This document shows, in pieces, positions 21,607-30,944 of a stretch of DNA of 64,000 nt (position 1 is its first letter; each line of letters opens with the position of its first letter). Position numbers and translations under genes: made by a program. This DNA is from an uncultured Bacillota bacterium (lineage in GTDB: Bacteria > Sysuimicrobiota > Sysuimicrobiia > Sysuimicrobiales > Segetimicrobiaceae): positions 1 through 64,000 of the forward strand of contig CAWDRG010000022.1 of NCBI GenBank assembly GCA_963804645.1, written 5' to 3'. The notes under the pieces are model-generated. The model was not told where the DNA came from. It saw nothing but the letters and a program-made list of their open reading frames with translations, and did not search any database.

Positions 21607-22974
21607 CTACAGCGCTTTCAGCTCCTGGATCAGGTGATTCACCACGTCCTGCGCGTCGCCGTAGAGCATGCGCGTGTTGTCCCCGTAGAACAAGGCGTTC
21701 TCGATGCCGGAGAAGCCGGCGCCGCGGCCGCGCTTGATGACGATCACGTTTTTCGCCTCATCGGCGTTGAGAATCGGCATGCCGTAGATGGGGCTGGCGG
21801 TGTCCGTCCGCGCGCTCGGGTTGACCACGTCGTTGGCGCCGATCACCAGCGCCACGTCGGCGTGCGCGAATGCCGCGTTGACCTCCTCGAGGTCGTGCAG
21901 CTTCTCGTAGGGCACGCCCGCCTCCGCCAGCAGCACGTTCATGTGCCCGGGCATGCGGCCGGCCACCGGATGGATGGCGAACATCACGTCGACGCCGTGG
22001 GCCTCCAGGAGCTTCGCCAGTTCCGCGATCTTGTGCTGCGCCTGGGCGACCGCCATCCCGTAGCCCGGGACGATGATCACCGTCCCCGAGTAGGCCAGCA
22101 TGATCGCGGCATCGGTCGCGTCGATCGGCTTGAGGCTCTTTCCCGCCGGGCCGGCGATCGGGACCCCGAGCTCTTCCCCGAAGCCGCTGAACAGCACGTG
22201 GGCCAGGGAGCGGTTCATCGCCTTGGCCATCAACTGCGTCAACAGGGTACCGGCGGCGCCCACGACGGTCCCGGCGATGATCATCGCGGCGTTGTTCAGG
22301 ACGTAGCCTTCGAGCCCGACCGCGAGCCCGGTGCAGGCGTTGAACAGCGAAATCACAACGGGCATGTCGGCGCCGCCGATCGGCAGGGTCATCAGGACCC
22401 CGTAGACCAGCGCCAGCGCGAAAAACAGAACGACCGTCAGCGCGGACCCCTCGCGCACGGCGGCGATCCCGGCGACGACGGACGCGCCGAGCACGAGCAG
22501 GTTCAGCGTCTGCTGTCCGCGGAACCGCCACGAATGATTGATCAGGCCCTGCAGCTTGGCGAAGGCAATCATGCTGCCGCTGAACGACACGGCGCCGATC
22601 AGCGCCCCCAACCCGGCGATCGCGGCGACCGTCTCGAACGATCCGGGACCGCGCAGCAGCTCGATCGCGGCGATCGCCGCCGCCGCGCCGCCGCCCATGC
22701 CGTTGTAGATCGCGACCATCTGCGGCATGTCGGTCATCCCGACGCGCCGCCCGGAGACCCACGCCACGCCGCCGCCGATGGCGATCGCCACCAGAATCAG
22801 CGCGATGTTCTGCAGCCCGGGGGTCAGGAACGTGCTCAGGATCGCGACCAACATGCCGGCGCCGGCCCACAGGATGCCGCCGCGCGCGGTGATCGGGGAG
22901 CTCATGCGCTTCAGACCGAAGATGAACAGGATCGACGCGATGAAATAGCTGGATTGGACCAGGCGCTCAGCCAC
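21607..22974 (-). CDS. pntB: NAD(P) transhydrogenase beta subunit
   Basis: MPQMVAIYNGMGG, IGGADMPVVIS, MAKAMNRS, PGYGMAVAQAQH, HPVAGRMPGHMNV. Confidence 0.97.
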   Translation of the reverse strand: MAERLVQSSYFIASILFIFGLKRMSSPITARGGILWAGAGMLVAILSTFLTPGLQNIALILVAIAIGGGVAWVSGRRVGMTDMPQMVAIYNGMGGGAAAAIAAIELLRGPGSFETVAAIAGLGALIGAVSFSGSMIAFAKLQGLINHSWRFRGQQTLNLLVLGASVVAGIAAVREGSALTVVLFFALALVYGVLMTLPIGGADMPVVISLFNACTGLAVGLEGYVLNNAAMIIAGTVVGAAGTLLTQLMAKAMNRSLAHVLFSGFGEELGVPIAGPAGKSLKPIDATDAAIMLAYSGTVIIVPGYGMAVAQAQHKIAELAKLLEAHGVDVMFAIHPVAGRMPGHMNVLLAEAGVPYEKLHDLEEVNAAFAHADVALVIGANDVVNPSARTDTASPIYGMPILNADEAKNVIVIKRGRGAGFSGIENALFYGDNTRMLYGDAQDVVNHLIQELKAL

Positions 22975-23266
22975 GGACGCGGTCCGGCTTACCCTTCTTG
23001 AACATCGCCAGCATGCGCTCGGTGACGACGTAGCCGCCGACGACGTTCATCGTGGCCAGCAGCACGCCGACGAACCCGATCACCCGCTCCACATCGGTGC
23101 GTGCGTCCCCGAGCGCGACCATCGCCCCAACCAGGACGATGCCGTGCACGAAGTTCGACCCCGACATCAGCGGCGTGTGCAGGATGACCGGCACGCGGCT
23201 GATCACCTCGTACCCGGTAAACGCCGCCAGCATGAACAGGTAGAGGGCGGTGAACCCGTCGATCAT
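22967..23266 (-). CDS. pntAB: NAD(P) transhydrogenase alpha2 (membrane) subunit
   Basis: LHTPLMSGSN and NVVGGYVVTERML motifs. Confidence 0.95.
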   Translation of the reverse strand: MIDGFTALYLFMLAAFTGYEVISRVPVILHTPLMSGSNFVHGIVLVGAMVALGDARTDVERVIGFVGVLLATMNVVGGYVVTERMLAMFKKGKPDRVRG

Positions 23267-24396
23267 GCTGCCGTCTCCTCGACCGCAAGCCGGGTCGGCT
23301 CGTGCAGGATCCGGCCGTCGCGGGTCAGCACGCTGCGCGCGATGATCTCATCCGCCCAGTCCGGCGCGAGCTCCCCGTTTTTGATCATGAGCGACAGGAA
23401 GTTGAACAGGTTGCGCGAGTACATCTCGCTCGCGTCCACGGGCAGCAGGCTCGGCACGTTCAGCGGTCCGTAGATCATCACCCCGTGATAGTCGGTCCGT
23501 TCGCCCGGTCGCGTCAGCACGCAGTTGCCGCCGCTCTCCGCGGCCAGGTCGACGATCACCGCGCCCGGCTTCATCCCCGCCACCGCCGCCTCGCTAATGA
23601 TGCGCGGGGCCGGACGCCCCGGCACCGCGGCCGTGGTGATGACGACATCCACGGACCCGAGGTGATGGGCCAGCATCTCCTGTTGGCTCTGGATCTCCGT
23701 GGGGGTGAGCTCCCGCGCGTACCCGCCGGCTCCCTCTCCCGCGACGTCAAACTCGAGGAACTTCGCGCCCAGGGAGTGCACTTGGTCCTTCGTCGCCGGC
23801 CGCACGTCGTAGGCCTCCACCATCGCCCCGAGCCGCTTCGCCGTCGCGATCGCCTCCAGGCCCGCCACGCCGGCACCGATCACCAGCACCGTGGAGGGAC
23901 GGATGGTGCCCGCCGCGGTCGTCAGCATGGGGAAAAACCGCCCGGTCAATTCGGCGGCCATGAGCGCGGCCCGATATCCGGCCACGGCCGCTTGCGAGGA
24001 CAGCGCGTCCATCGACTGCGCCCGGGCGATCCGCGGGATCAGTTCCATGGCAAACGCCGTGATCCGGCGGTCGCGCAGCCGCGCGACGCGCTCGTTCCGC
24101 TGCCCCGGCGCCAGGAAGCCGATCAGGGTCGCGCCGGACGGCATCAGATCGATCTCTTCGGCGCTCGGCGGCTGCACTTTGAGAATCACGCCGGCGGTGC
24201 GGTACAGCTCATCGGCAGTGGCCACGACGTGCGCTCCCGCGTAGGCCTCGTCCGGGAAGAAGCACCCGGCACCGGCGCCCGCCTGCAGGGTCACCGCCAC
24301 GCCGAGCTTCCGCAACCGGTCCGCCACGCCCGGAACCAGAGCGACCCGGCGCTCGCCCACCACAGTTTCCTTCGGTACCGCCACAGAAACCGGCAT
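23263..24396 (-). CDS. pntAA: NAD(P) transhydrogenase alpha1 (dI) subunit
   Basis: PKE...ERRVAL, RAQSMDALSSQ, GAGVAGL, GGYA, GGNC. Confidence 0.96.
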   Translation of the reverse strand: MPVSVAVPKETVVGERRVALVPGVADRLRKLGVAVTLQAGAGAGCFFPDEAYAGAHVVATADELYRTAGVILKVQPPSAEEIDLMPSGATLIGFLAPGQRNERVARLRDRRITAFAMELIPRIARAQSMDALSSQAAVAGYRAALMAAELTGRFFPMLTTAAGTIRPSTVLVIGAGVAGLEAIATAKRLGAMVEAYDVRPATKDQVHSLGAKFLEFDVAGEGAGGYARELTPTEIQSQQEMLAHHLGSVDVVITTAAVPGRPAPRIISEAAVAGMKPGAVIVDLAAESGGNCVLTRPGERTDYHGVMIYGPLNVPSLLPVDASEMYSRNLFNFLSLMIKNGELAPDWADEIIARSVLTRDGRILHEPTRLAVEETAA

Positions 24397-24532
24397 CAGG
24401 TCCCCCTCCCCGTTCGGGTAACAACAACACGCGTCCGCCCAGTACAAACGAAACGGGCCGCGAGTTTGATCCCTCACCGAACTGCGCACGAACGACCCGT
24501 CCTATGGTACCCGGACGTCTTCTTCCAGTGCC

Positions 24533-24550
24533 ATCGGGTCCGGACCGGAT
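24533..24550 (-). promoter_or_regulatory. Operator box upstream of the pnt operon
   Basis: ATCGGGTCCGGACCGGAT; -10-like TACCAT (24504-24509) 23 nt downstream. Confidence 0.65.
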
Positions 24551-24719
24551 TCTCCCCGGCGTGGACGTCGAGGCCAGGGATCACCTCCAGGCACGCGGCG
24601 CCCGGACACGCTCCCCGGCGGCCGGGCAGCTGTGGGCGGAACCGTCCCAGATCTGACGCGCGGCCTCGCGGATCACGCGCTCGGAGACTCGGCCGATCCC
24701 GGCCCTCGGTGTCCCGCGG

Positions 24720-26420
24720 TCAGCGGCGCGTCTCGGCGCCCGCCGTCGAATTCACGGCGGCGGCCGACACGCGGTCGCGCAGCGCGTAGCGCATCGTCTT
24801 GCCCGTCGGGGTCAGCGGAAGCTGATCGAGCAGCTCCAGCGACTCGGGCCACTTGTACTTGGCCAGCCCCTTCTCAGCGAGGAACGCCTGCAGCTCGCTG
24901 AGGGTCAGCGATGCGCCGTCCGCGGGGACCACGCACGCGCACCCCTTCTGCCCGAGCCGGGCGTCGGGCATGGCGACCACGGCCACGTGGTGCACCTTCG
25001 GGTGCTGATACAACAGCTCCTCGACCTCCCGGGGATCGAGCTTCTGCCCGCCGCGGTTGATCATGTCGTCGGTCCGCGCGACGTACGTGAATGTGTCGTC
25101 GGCGTTCCTGGTCATGATGTCGCCCGACATGAACCATCCGTCGGCCCGGAAGCGTTGGGCAACAAACTGCGGCTGCCGGTAGTACCCCGGGGAGAAGTTG
25201 GGACCGCGTCCCAGAAACTCACCGCGCTGGCCCGGCGCCACGTCTCGGTCGTCATCATCGACCACCCGCCACTCCCAGCCGGGCCCGGTGCGGCCGACCG
25301 TCGTGCTGGTGACCTCGACCGGATCGGCCGGGAGAGTGTACGTATGGGCCAGCCCCTCCGTCCACCCGTAGAACGCGGCGAGCGCGCACCCCAGATGCGC
25401 CTGCAGCCTCCGAAGGACGTCGACGGGACACGGCGCCCCGGCGTACATAAGAAAGCGCAGCGAGGAGAGGTCGCGCGCGCCGAGGTCCGGGCTCCGCGCG
25501 ATATCCAGCAGCATCGGCGGCGCGCCCACCAGGTGCGTGACCCGGTGCTGTTCCACGAGCGCGAGCGCCTTCGCCACGTCCCAGGACTCGAGCAGCACCA
25601 CCGACGACCGCGCCGTGAGGGCCCCGGTCAGGAACGGAATGCCGAACGCCGTGAGATGCGTGAACGGGGTGACGATCAGCCAGCGGTCGTCCGGGCCGAG
25701 CCGGAAGTCCTCGACGTATTTCCGGCATGCGTTGAGCAGGTTGGCGTGCAGGTGCATCACGCCTTTCGGCCGGCTCGTCGTGCCGGAGGTGAACATGAGC
25801 ACGAACAGGTCGGTCGCGAGCGGGGCGGGCACCTCCACCGACTCCCCCCGGTGAGACGCAAGCAGCGCCTCGAACGAGCCCTCCCCCGCCGCGCGCACCG
25901 GAAACACGTCCCGAAGATGCGGCAGCGACGCCTGGACCTGGCGGGCGAGCGCCACGTAGTCCGTGCCGCGGTAGCTGGCCGGCACGACGATCCCGCGCGC
26001 CTCGGTGAGGCGCAGAATATACTCCATCTCGTAGGCACGGTACGGGGGATGGATGAACACCGGACATACCCCCGCTCGGACCGCGCCCAACACCGCGACG
26101 CAGAACTCGCTCCAGTTGGGCAGCTGGATGCCGAGACAGTCGCCCGACCGGTACCCCTGCGCGAGGAGGGCCGCGGCAAACGCCAGGCTGCGGACCCGCA
26201 GCTGTTCCCAGGTTGTGATCGTCCCGTTTTCATCGACGATCGCGGACGCCTCCGGTGCCGCGGCCGCGTGCCGCTCCAGCAGATCCCAGTACGTGTCGAG
26301 AGACCACTCGCCGCTGCGGAGGTACTGTTCCACCCGGGCCTCCGTCAGCATGGTGTCGTCGCGCCGGACCAGCGCACGTGCCCGGTCGAGTACCCGACCC
26401 GCCAGCTCCGCCTGCGTCAT
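24720..26420 (-). CDS. AMP-dependent acyl/aryl-CoA ligase
   Basis: FTSGTTSRPKG, YGWTE, SGD, NRGG, PLTPTGK. Confidence 0.92.
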   Translation of the reverse strand: MTQAELAGRVLDRARALVRRDDTMLTEARVEQYLRSGEWSLDTYWDLLERHAAAAPEASAIVDENGTITTWEQLRVRSLAFAAALLAQGYRSGDCLGIQLPNWSEFCVAVLGAVRAGVCPVFIHPPYRAYEMEYILRLTEARGIVVPASYRGTDYVALARQVQASLPHLRDVFPVRAAGEGSFEALLASHRGESVEVPAPLATDLFVLMFTSGTTSRPKGVMHLHANLLNACRKYVEDFRLGPDDRWLIVTPFTHLTAFGIPFLTGALTARSSVVLLESWDVAKALALVEQHRVTHLVGAPPMLLDIARSPDLGARDLSSLRFLMYAGAPCPVDVLRRLQAHLGCALAAFYGWTEGLAHTYTLPADPVEVTSTTVGRTGPGWEWRVVDDDDRDVAPGQRGEFLGRGPNFSPGYYRQPQFVAQRFRADGWFMSGDIMTRNADDTFTYVARTDDMINRGGQKLDPREVEELLYQHPKVHHVAVVAMPDARLGQKGCACVVPADGASLTLSELQAFLAEKGLAKYKWPESLELLDQLPLTPTGKTMRYALRDRVSAAAVNSTAGAETRR

Positions 26421-26571
26421 GCTCCGCTCTCCTCGGCCCGTCGTGACTCCCCCACCCGTCCCGGAGCCCGTCGCCGTGCTGACCCCTCCGCCCGAGCACA
26501 CACGTCTGCCTCGTCGCGGCGGCACCCAACGCCGACCGCGTGTGTCCCGGCAGGCCGGTCCGGACGTGCCG

Positions 26572-26886
26572 CTATCTCATGGGGCGCCCACGTCGAACTT
26601 CCTGGTTGCGCTTGGCGAACGCCTCACCGCCGAGATGGATGCGCCTGAGCCGCGACACCTCCCGGCGCAGGGCGCCTTCCGCGAAGTCCGGGAGCAGCAG
26701 GCGGTCCGGCGGGCCCGACAGGGCCACCACCACGTCGCGTGCCTCGTCCATCAGCTCGATCGAGATGTGAAAGGTGGCCCGAATCTTCCGTCCGCCGCGC
26801 TCATCAGACGGCGCCACGGGAGAGAGACTCGGCGCCGATTGTTTCGTGTGCTGGAGACTCGTCTTCCGCTTCCGACGCGCACCCAC
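26572..26886 (-). CDS. Small ribbon-helix-helix protein resembling the ParB C-terminal (centromere-binding) family
   Basis: RATFHISIELMDEARDVVVALSGPP...EGALRREVSRL...GGEAF...RRGRP pattern recognised from memory. Confidence 0.55.
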   Translation of the reverse strand: MGARRKRKTSLQHTKQSAPSLSPVAPSDERGGRKIRATFHISIELMDEARDVVVALSGPPDRLLLPDFAEGALRREVSRLRRIHLGGEAFAKRNQEVRRGRPMR

Positions 26887-27018
26887 GGATCACCATCCAA
26901 CGCAGCGAGGTTCCGCCGGTCGTTACACGTTACAATTAATAGGCATACCGCGAGCCAGCCGACAATCGGGTGCGCGCAGTATCTCTGGTCTGACCGGTGA
27001 AGATCCCCCGCCCCGGTC

Positions 27019-28704
27019 TCAGCCGGGCACCGCGAGCGAGGCAGCCTCCGTCGAGTAGGCCCGCACCTGCTCGGCCTGATCGTCCGGGGACCATCCGAGC
27101 TCGTCCGCCATGAGCGCGGCCACCTGCGGCGCCACCTCGATCCCGTGCCGCGGCAGCAGGTGGCCGAGCCGCGTACGGCGCAACAGGGCGTCGGCGACGG
27201 TCGTCGCCATCTCGTCCCGGACCGCCACGACGATCTCCGCGGCGATGTGCGGGTGCCCGGGTGCCAGCGCGCCGCCAAGCGGAGGCCGGTCCGCGACCAG
27301 CTCCAGGATCACCTCGGCGCCGGTGCCGTAAGACCGCAGCAGATGGACGAGCGAGCGTCGGGACACACCGAGCTCCCTCGCGCGGGCTCGGAGCCGCCCG
27401 TACGCGCCGGCCAGCCCCTCGGCGCCGTCAAGCCGGAGATCGCGGGTGAGCGACGGCGTGCCGTGCCGCTGCCCCAGGACTTGGTTCATCGTGTCCTCGG
27501 CCATCTGCCGGTAGCTCGTCAACTTCCCACCCACGATCGTGACGAATCCATCGGCGCCGCGCACGACCTCGTGGCGGCGCGACAGGTGCGCGCTCGCCGC
27601 TCCCCCGGCTCCGACCGTACTCACGAGCGGCCGGAGGCCGGCATAGACGCCGAGCACGTCCTCTCGGCGCAGCGGCGTCCGAAGATATCGCGAGGCGTGA
27701 TCGAGGAGGTAGGCCACGTCACCGACGTCGATCGGCGGAGCGTCCGGGGCGCCGTCCCACTCGGTGTCGGTCGTGCCCACGAGCACGACCCCCTGCCACG
27801 GCACCACGAACGCGAGCCGGCCGTCGTCGGTCTCGGGCAGCACGAACGCGGTGCGGCGGGTGGGAAGCCGGTCGACGGGCAGGACGAGGTGCACGCCCTT
27901 CGCCCGGCGCACGCGAAACCGCGGGGGCGCGACCATCGCGGCCATCGCCTCCGCCCACACGCCGGTCGCATTGACCGTGGTCCGGGCGGCAACCGTGAAC
28001 CGGTCGCCCGCCAATCGATCGTGGACGCGCGCGCCCACGACCCGCCCGGCCTCCGTGACAAACCCGTCGACCTCCGCGTAGTTCGTCGCCACGGCGCCTC
28101 GCCGGATCGCGGTGCGCAGCACCGAGATCGTCAGCCGCGCATCGTCCGTGGCGGCGTCGTAGTACAGGTACGCGTGCCGCAGCCCATCGAGCCGCATCGG
28201 AGGCACCAGCGCGGCTGCGCTGGCGGCCGAAATCTGCCGATGCCCGGGCAGCCCGCGCGCGGGGCCGGTGCCGGCAAGGACGTCATACGCCCACAGGCCG
28301 CACGACATCCCCAGCGGCAGCGCCGGGCGAAGCGCCGCCGGCAGGTGGAGCCCGAGCGGCTGCCTGGCGCCCGCGTACAGGGGCAGCACGAACGGAAGCG
28401 GTCGAACGAGATGCGGGGCGTTCCGCAGCAGACGGCCGCGCTCCGCGAGATCCTCGCGCACGAGCCCGACGTCGAGCATCGGGAGATACCGAAGACCGCC
28501 GTGCACCAGCTTGGTCGACCGGCTGCTCGTGCCCTCGGCGAAATCAGCGCGTTCGACGAGCGCCACCGACAGACCGCGGGCGGCCGCGTCGAGGGCCACC
28601 CCGGCGCCGGTGATCCCGCCGCCAACCACGAGGACATCAAAGGTCCCCGCGGCCAGTCGCGCGAGCCGATCACGCCGACCGCTCCCCACCGTCACGACAC
28701 TCAT
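27019..28704 (-). CDS. glpD: FAD-dependent glycerol-3-phosphate dehydrogenase
   Basis: GGGITGAG, GTSSRSTKLVHGGLRYL, DDARL, GTTD, GLRPL, GGKLTSYR, RRTRL. Confidence 0.95.
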   Translation of the reverse strand: MSVVTVGSGRRDRLARLAAGTFDVLVVGGGITGAGVALDAAARGLSVALVERADFAEGTSSRSTKLVHGGLRYLPMLDVGLVREDLAERGRLLRNAPHLVRPLPFVLPLYAGARQPLGLHLPAALRPALPLGMSCGLWAYDVLAGTGPARGLPGHRQISAASAAALVPPMRLDGLRHAYLYYDAATDDARLTISVLRTAIRRGAVATNYAEVDGFVTEAGRVVGARVHDRLAGDRFTVAARTTVNATGVWAEAMAAMVAPPRFRVRRAKGVHLVLPVDRLPTRRTAFVLPETDDGRLAFVVPWQGVVLVGTTDTEWDGAPDAPPIDVGDVAYLLDHASRYLRTPLRREDVLGVYAGLRPLVSTVGAGGAASAHLSRRHEVVRGADGFVTIVGGKLTSYRQMAEDTMNQVLGQRHGTPSLTRDLRLDGAEGLAGAYGRLRARARELGVSRRSLVHLLRSYGTGAEVILELVADRPPLGGALAPGHPHIAAEIVVAVRDEMATTVADALLRRTRLGHLLPRHGIEVAPQVAALMADELGWSPDDQAEQVRAYSTEAASLAVPG

Positions 28705-28891
28705 CGACCGTCCCCCGCCGTGATGTTTCAGCGCCGCCGCCGGCCGACTGCGCCGCGGCCGGCGCGTCCATCCCCTAGCGTAGCAGGCATCCGGCCAAAC
28801 AACATCGCTCGGCCGCGCGGGGTCGGCCGGCACCCTCACGCAGCGCGGCCCCTCGAGGCGCCGCGCCGGCACTACCGCCCTGAGGCGTCAG

Positions 28892-29110
28892 CTAGTCGAG
28901 CGGAACCACGTTGACCGCCCGCGGCGGCTGCCGGTCGTCCGCGAGGTCGAATTCCACCATCTCGCCCTCGGCCACCGGGGCGGCGCCCGCGGGCAGATCA
29001 TTGCGGTTGAAGAACACGTCCGGGTGCTCTTCGACCTCGATCGTCCCCAACCCGGCGACCGTGTTGAACCACTTGACATAGCCCCGCATCCTCGTCTGCG
29101 TGTGCGCCAT
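28892..29110 (-). CDS. Cold-shock domain protein (atypical RNP motifs)
   Basis: GYVKWFN, DVF, EGEMVEF, AVNV. Confidence 0.8.
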   Translation of the reverse strand: MAHTQTRMRGYVKWFNTVAGLGTIEVEEHPDVFFNRNDLPAGAAPVAEGEMVEFDLADDRQPPRAVNVVPLD

Positions 29111-29178
29111 CGTCGTTCCCTCCCTCACGTCCATCATCATCCCCTCCCTCAGCGTACCCGCGATTCACCGGCGAGGGT

Positions 29179-29240
29179 ATCGGGCGCGCGTCGGATGCGT
29201 CGGCCGGCCCCGTCCCGGGGGCATCGGGTCTCCACCTGAT
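29179..29240. promoter_or_regulatory. Divergent operator boxes for csp (-) and the response regulator (+)
   Basis: ATCGGGCGCGCGTCGGAT (29179-29196) with TACGCT on - strand at 29151-29156; ATCGGGTCTCCACCTGAT (29223-29240) with TAGCTT at 29263-29268; both spacers 22 nt. Confidence 0.7.
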
Positions 29241-29298
29241 TGATCTTCGGGCCGGGGAAGCGTAGCTTCTGAGACAAGATGCCCATGGATGCGCGATC

Positions 29299-29991
29299 GT
29301 GAGTCCGGCCGACACCGCCCCGGTGTCCAACGCTGCGGGCAGAAAAATCACTGTCTTGCTCGCGGACGACCACGCGATCGTGCGCCAGGGCGTCAAGATG
29401 ATCCTGTCCGCGGAGCCTGACATCGAGGTCGTCGGGGAAGCGGAAGACGGGATCGCGGCGGTTGAGATGGCACGGCGGCTCGCACCGGATATCGCGGTCT
29501 TGGATATCAGCATGCCGCGGCTCGACGGCATTGAGGCCACGAAGCGGATCCGCGAGGCGCTGCCGGGCACACACGTGCTCGCCCTCACGATGCATACCGA
29601 GGACACGTATGTGTTTCAGCTGTTCCGCGCCGGCGCCTCGGGCTACGTGCTGAAGCGCGCGGCCGCCACCGATCTGGTGGAAGCGATCCGCGCGGCCCGC
29701 CGTGGCGAGACCTTCTTGTATCCCGCGGTGGCCAAGGCCGTGGTCGAGGACTACCTCAAGCACCTCGAGGCCGGCGAAGGCCGTGCGACCTACGACGGTC
29801 TCACCGACCGGGAGAAGCAGATCCTCGCCCTGGTCGCCGAGGGCGCGTCGAATCAGGACATCGCGCAGAAGCTGTACATCAGCATCAAGACGGTGCAGTC
29901 GCACCGCGCGCACATCATGGGCAAGCTCAACCTGCACGATCGCACGCAACTTGTTCGCTACGCGATCCGGAAGGGCCTCATCGCACCATAG
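29299..29991 (+). CDS. NarL/NreC/DosR-type response regulator (REC + LuxR HTH), orphan
   Basis: LADDH, VLDISMP phosphoacceptor Asp, YVLK, LTDREKQIL...ISIKTVQSHRAHIMGKL. Confidence 0.95.
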   Translation: MSPADTAPVSNAAGRKITVLLADDHAIVRQGVKMILSAEPDIEVVGEAEDGIAAVEMARRLAPDIAVLDISMPRLDGIEATKRIREALPGTHVLALTMHTEDTYVFQLFRAGASGYVLKRAAATDLVEAIRAARRGETFLYPAVAKAVVEDYLKHLEAGEGRATYDGLTDREKQILALVAEGASNQDIAQKLYISIKTVQSHRAHIMGKLNLHDRTQLVRYAIRKGLIAP

Positions 29992-30107
29992 CTCCCGCAT
30001 TGTGGGGTTTTGACAACGGCGAACGAGGCGGCGCCGCTCGCAGCCATCCGGTCTTCCCGCAGCCGCGAGACGCAATGCGCCCGCTCGACTCCGATCCCAC
30101 GTCCGCC

Positions 30108-30599
30108 TTAGGCGGCGGGCCGGTGCTTCGCGAAAATCCCCGTGCGCGGCTCCGCAAGCCGTGCAAAATCGGTGTACGTCATCGTGATCGTCTGTCGATG
30201 GGTCCCGGCATTGAACACAATCACGGGGTCGCGCGCCAATTTGACGTCCACGTAGAGCGGCACACCGTACAAATGGCCGAACGGCGGCATCGCCCCAACC
30301 TCACAATCGGGGAACACATGGCGAAACTCTTCTTCCCGGGCGAGCCGGACCTCGCGCGCGCCTGTCGCCTCACGCACCCAGTCAAGATCCACGAGGTCGG
30401 TGCCGGGCGCGACGATCATCGCCAGTTGGTCGTCGATCAGCACCATCACTGCCTTCGCTACCAAACGTCCCGCGATATGCTCCACCTGCGCGACTCCCTG
30501 AGCCGTATAGCGAATCGGATGCGTCGTAAGTTCATACGCGATCCCGGCGCGGCCGAGATAGTCCTCCAAACGCTCAACACAGGACCGATGAGGCGTCAT
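30108..30599 (-). CDS. YbaK/EbsC (aminoacyl-tRNA deacylase) family protein
   Basis: VAKAV, LAREEE, GAMPPFG, FNAGTH; AGGAGGTG RBS. Confidence 0.92.
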   Translation of the reverse strand: MTPHRSCVERLEDYLGRAGIAYELTTHPIRYTAQGVAQVEHIAGRLVAKAVMVLIDDQLAMIVAPGTDLVDLDWVREATGAREVRLAREEEFRHVFPDCEVGAMPPFGHLYGVPLYVDVKLARDPVIVFNAGTHRQTITMTYTDFARLAEPRTGIFAKHRPAA

Positions 30600-30650
30600 C
30601 GAAATCACCTCCTCTCACCTCTAGGGTACGCCCTTCCGGCCCCAGGCACT

Positions 30651-30668
30651 ATCGGGCCACAGTCCGAT
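30651..30668 (-). promoter_or_regulatory. Operator box upstream of ybaK
   Basis: Perfect ATCGG-GCCACAGT-CCGAT; TACCCT at 30623-30628 (22 nt). Confidence 0.72.
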
Positions 30669-30844
30669 TGCGCCGACAGCGCCCCCGACGCCGGAACGCC
30701 GCCGCGCAGGCTGGACACTTGAGCTCTGGCCGCCCGGCACTCCGGGGCGCTGGGGAGGTACAGGCCACAAACATCCGTTTGCGGCACGACCGTCGCCCGT
30801 GCCCACGCCGCCGCGGATCCGGGCGGTCGCGTTCGATACCTCAG

Positions 30845-30862
30845 ATCAGTCGTGGGCCGGAT
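30845..30862 (+). promoter_or_regulatory. Operator box upstream of the eRF1-like gene
   Basis: ATCAGTCGTGGGCCGGAT; TATCGT at 30886-30891 (23 nt). Confidence 0.6.
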
Positions 30863-30944
30863 AGGCCCGGCCGACGTCGCGCAGGTATCGTGGAGTGGGA
30901 GCTTCAAATTGACACCCAGCTAAGGATAAGGGAGGATATGCGGC

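Noticed and set aside
28777..28821. Possible operator and -10 (TACGCT) upstream of glpD
   Set aside because: Only a partial half-site (ATCGC) at 21-nt spacing; too weak
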